Source: Neoconidiobolus thromboides FSU 785
Taxonomy: Eukaryota; Fungi; Entomophthoromycota
Assembly (NCBI GenBank): GCA_025603075.1
Contig: MU626385.1
Span: forward strand, 1-59,872
Direction of reading: 5' to 3'
Length of the DNA: 59,872 nt
This document shows, piece after piece, positions 59,493 to 59,872 of the stretch. How positions within the stretch are numbered: position 1 is the first letter of the stretch; each line of letters begins with the position of its first letter. The translations under genes were made by a program, and so were the position numbers. The notes below the pieces were generated by a model. That model worked only from the letters and a program-made list of their open reading frames with translations, searched no databases and was not told where the DNA came from.

Positions 59493-59872
59493 TATAGTTT
59501 GTAAGCCTTGTGAAATATCGCTTTGTCAGTCCCATGGTTAATTATAGCATAATAATCGCCTAAGCTGTTGTGTCCTTGAGTTCAGAGAAAACCAATCCCA
59601 TGTTCTTAGTTTGATTTGATATGAGAATTTCTATCTTCGTCTCAAAGAATATTCTCCCCTCGTCTTGATATTTATACTTATCGGAGTATAAAAGAGATTC
59701 TAAAACATAATAGCTCGAGGCTTTTTAACTGAATTATTCCCTGATATCTCGAACATTTAATAAAGCCACTAAGTTTTCTTAATAGTGTTTTACGTAGATT
59801 TTACATTAGTATTGTCTATTCTATTTGTCTTATATAGCTTGTAACCTATTACGTGCTATTCCCCATAATCCA
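59493..59872 (-). pseudogene. Degenerate coding-derived repeat, copy 2 (truncated by window end)
   Basis: Shares long blocks with 903-1300, e.g. ATTATAGCATAATAATC, CCCATG.TCTTA.TTTGATTTG, GGAGTATAAAAGAGATT, GAGGCTTTTTAA. Confidence 0.5.

Noticed and set aside
903-59872. The two direct repeats as LTRs of one giant element or a Starship-like boundary
   Set aside because: They are substantially diverged, look coding-derived, lack TG..CA ends, and enclose ordinary housekeeping genes; no captain recombinase is present.
1-59872. Alternative genetic code, or organellar/bacterial origin suggested by the extreme AT content
   Set aside because: Conserved genes translate cleanly in the standard code with GT..AG introns, and a TTAGGG telomere is present.

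Overview
This is the left end of a chromosome from a very AT-rich, intron-dense eukaryote. Gene content points to an early-diverging fungus; Entomophthorales (Conidiobolus/Neoconidiobolus-like) is my inference, not a database result. It begins with about 16 (CCCTAA)n telomeric repeats (1-95) and a ~6.9 kb subtelomeric zone of decayed coding relics. About 20 genes follow. Conserved multi-exon genes: DUF2009/UPF0652 B-box protein, ATG9, RRB1, a bromodomain-bromodomain-BAH (RSC1/2/polybromo-like) protein, OGG1, NOC2, a REX4-like exonuclease fold, a PITH protein, ACPS/PPT2 and RPD3. Intronless genes: a POT peptide transporter, a membrane-anchored UDP-glycosyltransferase and a Pcl cyclin. Lineage-specific secreted proteins are also present. 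The most notable signals are: (1) at least 28 copies of a ~97-bp MITE with GGGGATGT..ACATCCCC terminal inverted repeats and variable 4-bp target-site duplications, clustered around (2) a three-member family of GPI-anchored proteins built from C-x3-C-xn-C-x3-C (alpha-hairpinin-like) repeats; (3) several apparent pseudo-enzymes or motif-degenerate proteins (REX4-like without DEDDh residues, expansin without the conserved Asp, POT without ExxER); (4) an unexplained ~250-aa insert between the two bromodomains. Exon boundaries were read by eye from GT..AG signals and gene spans are approximate at the ends. No searches or alignments were run.
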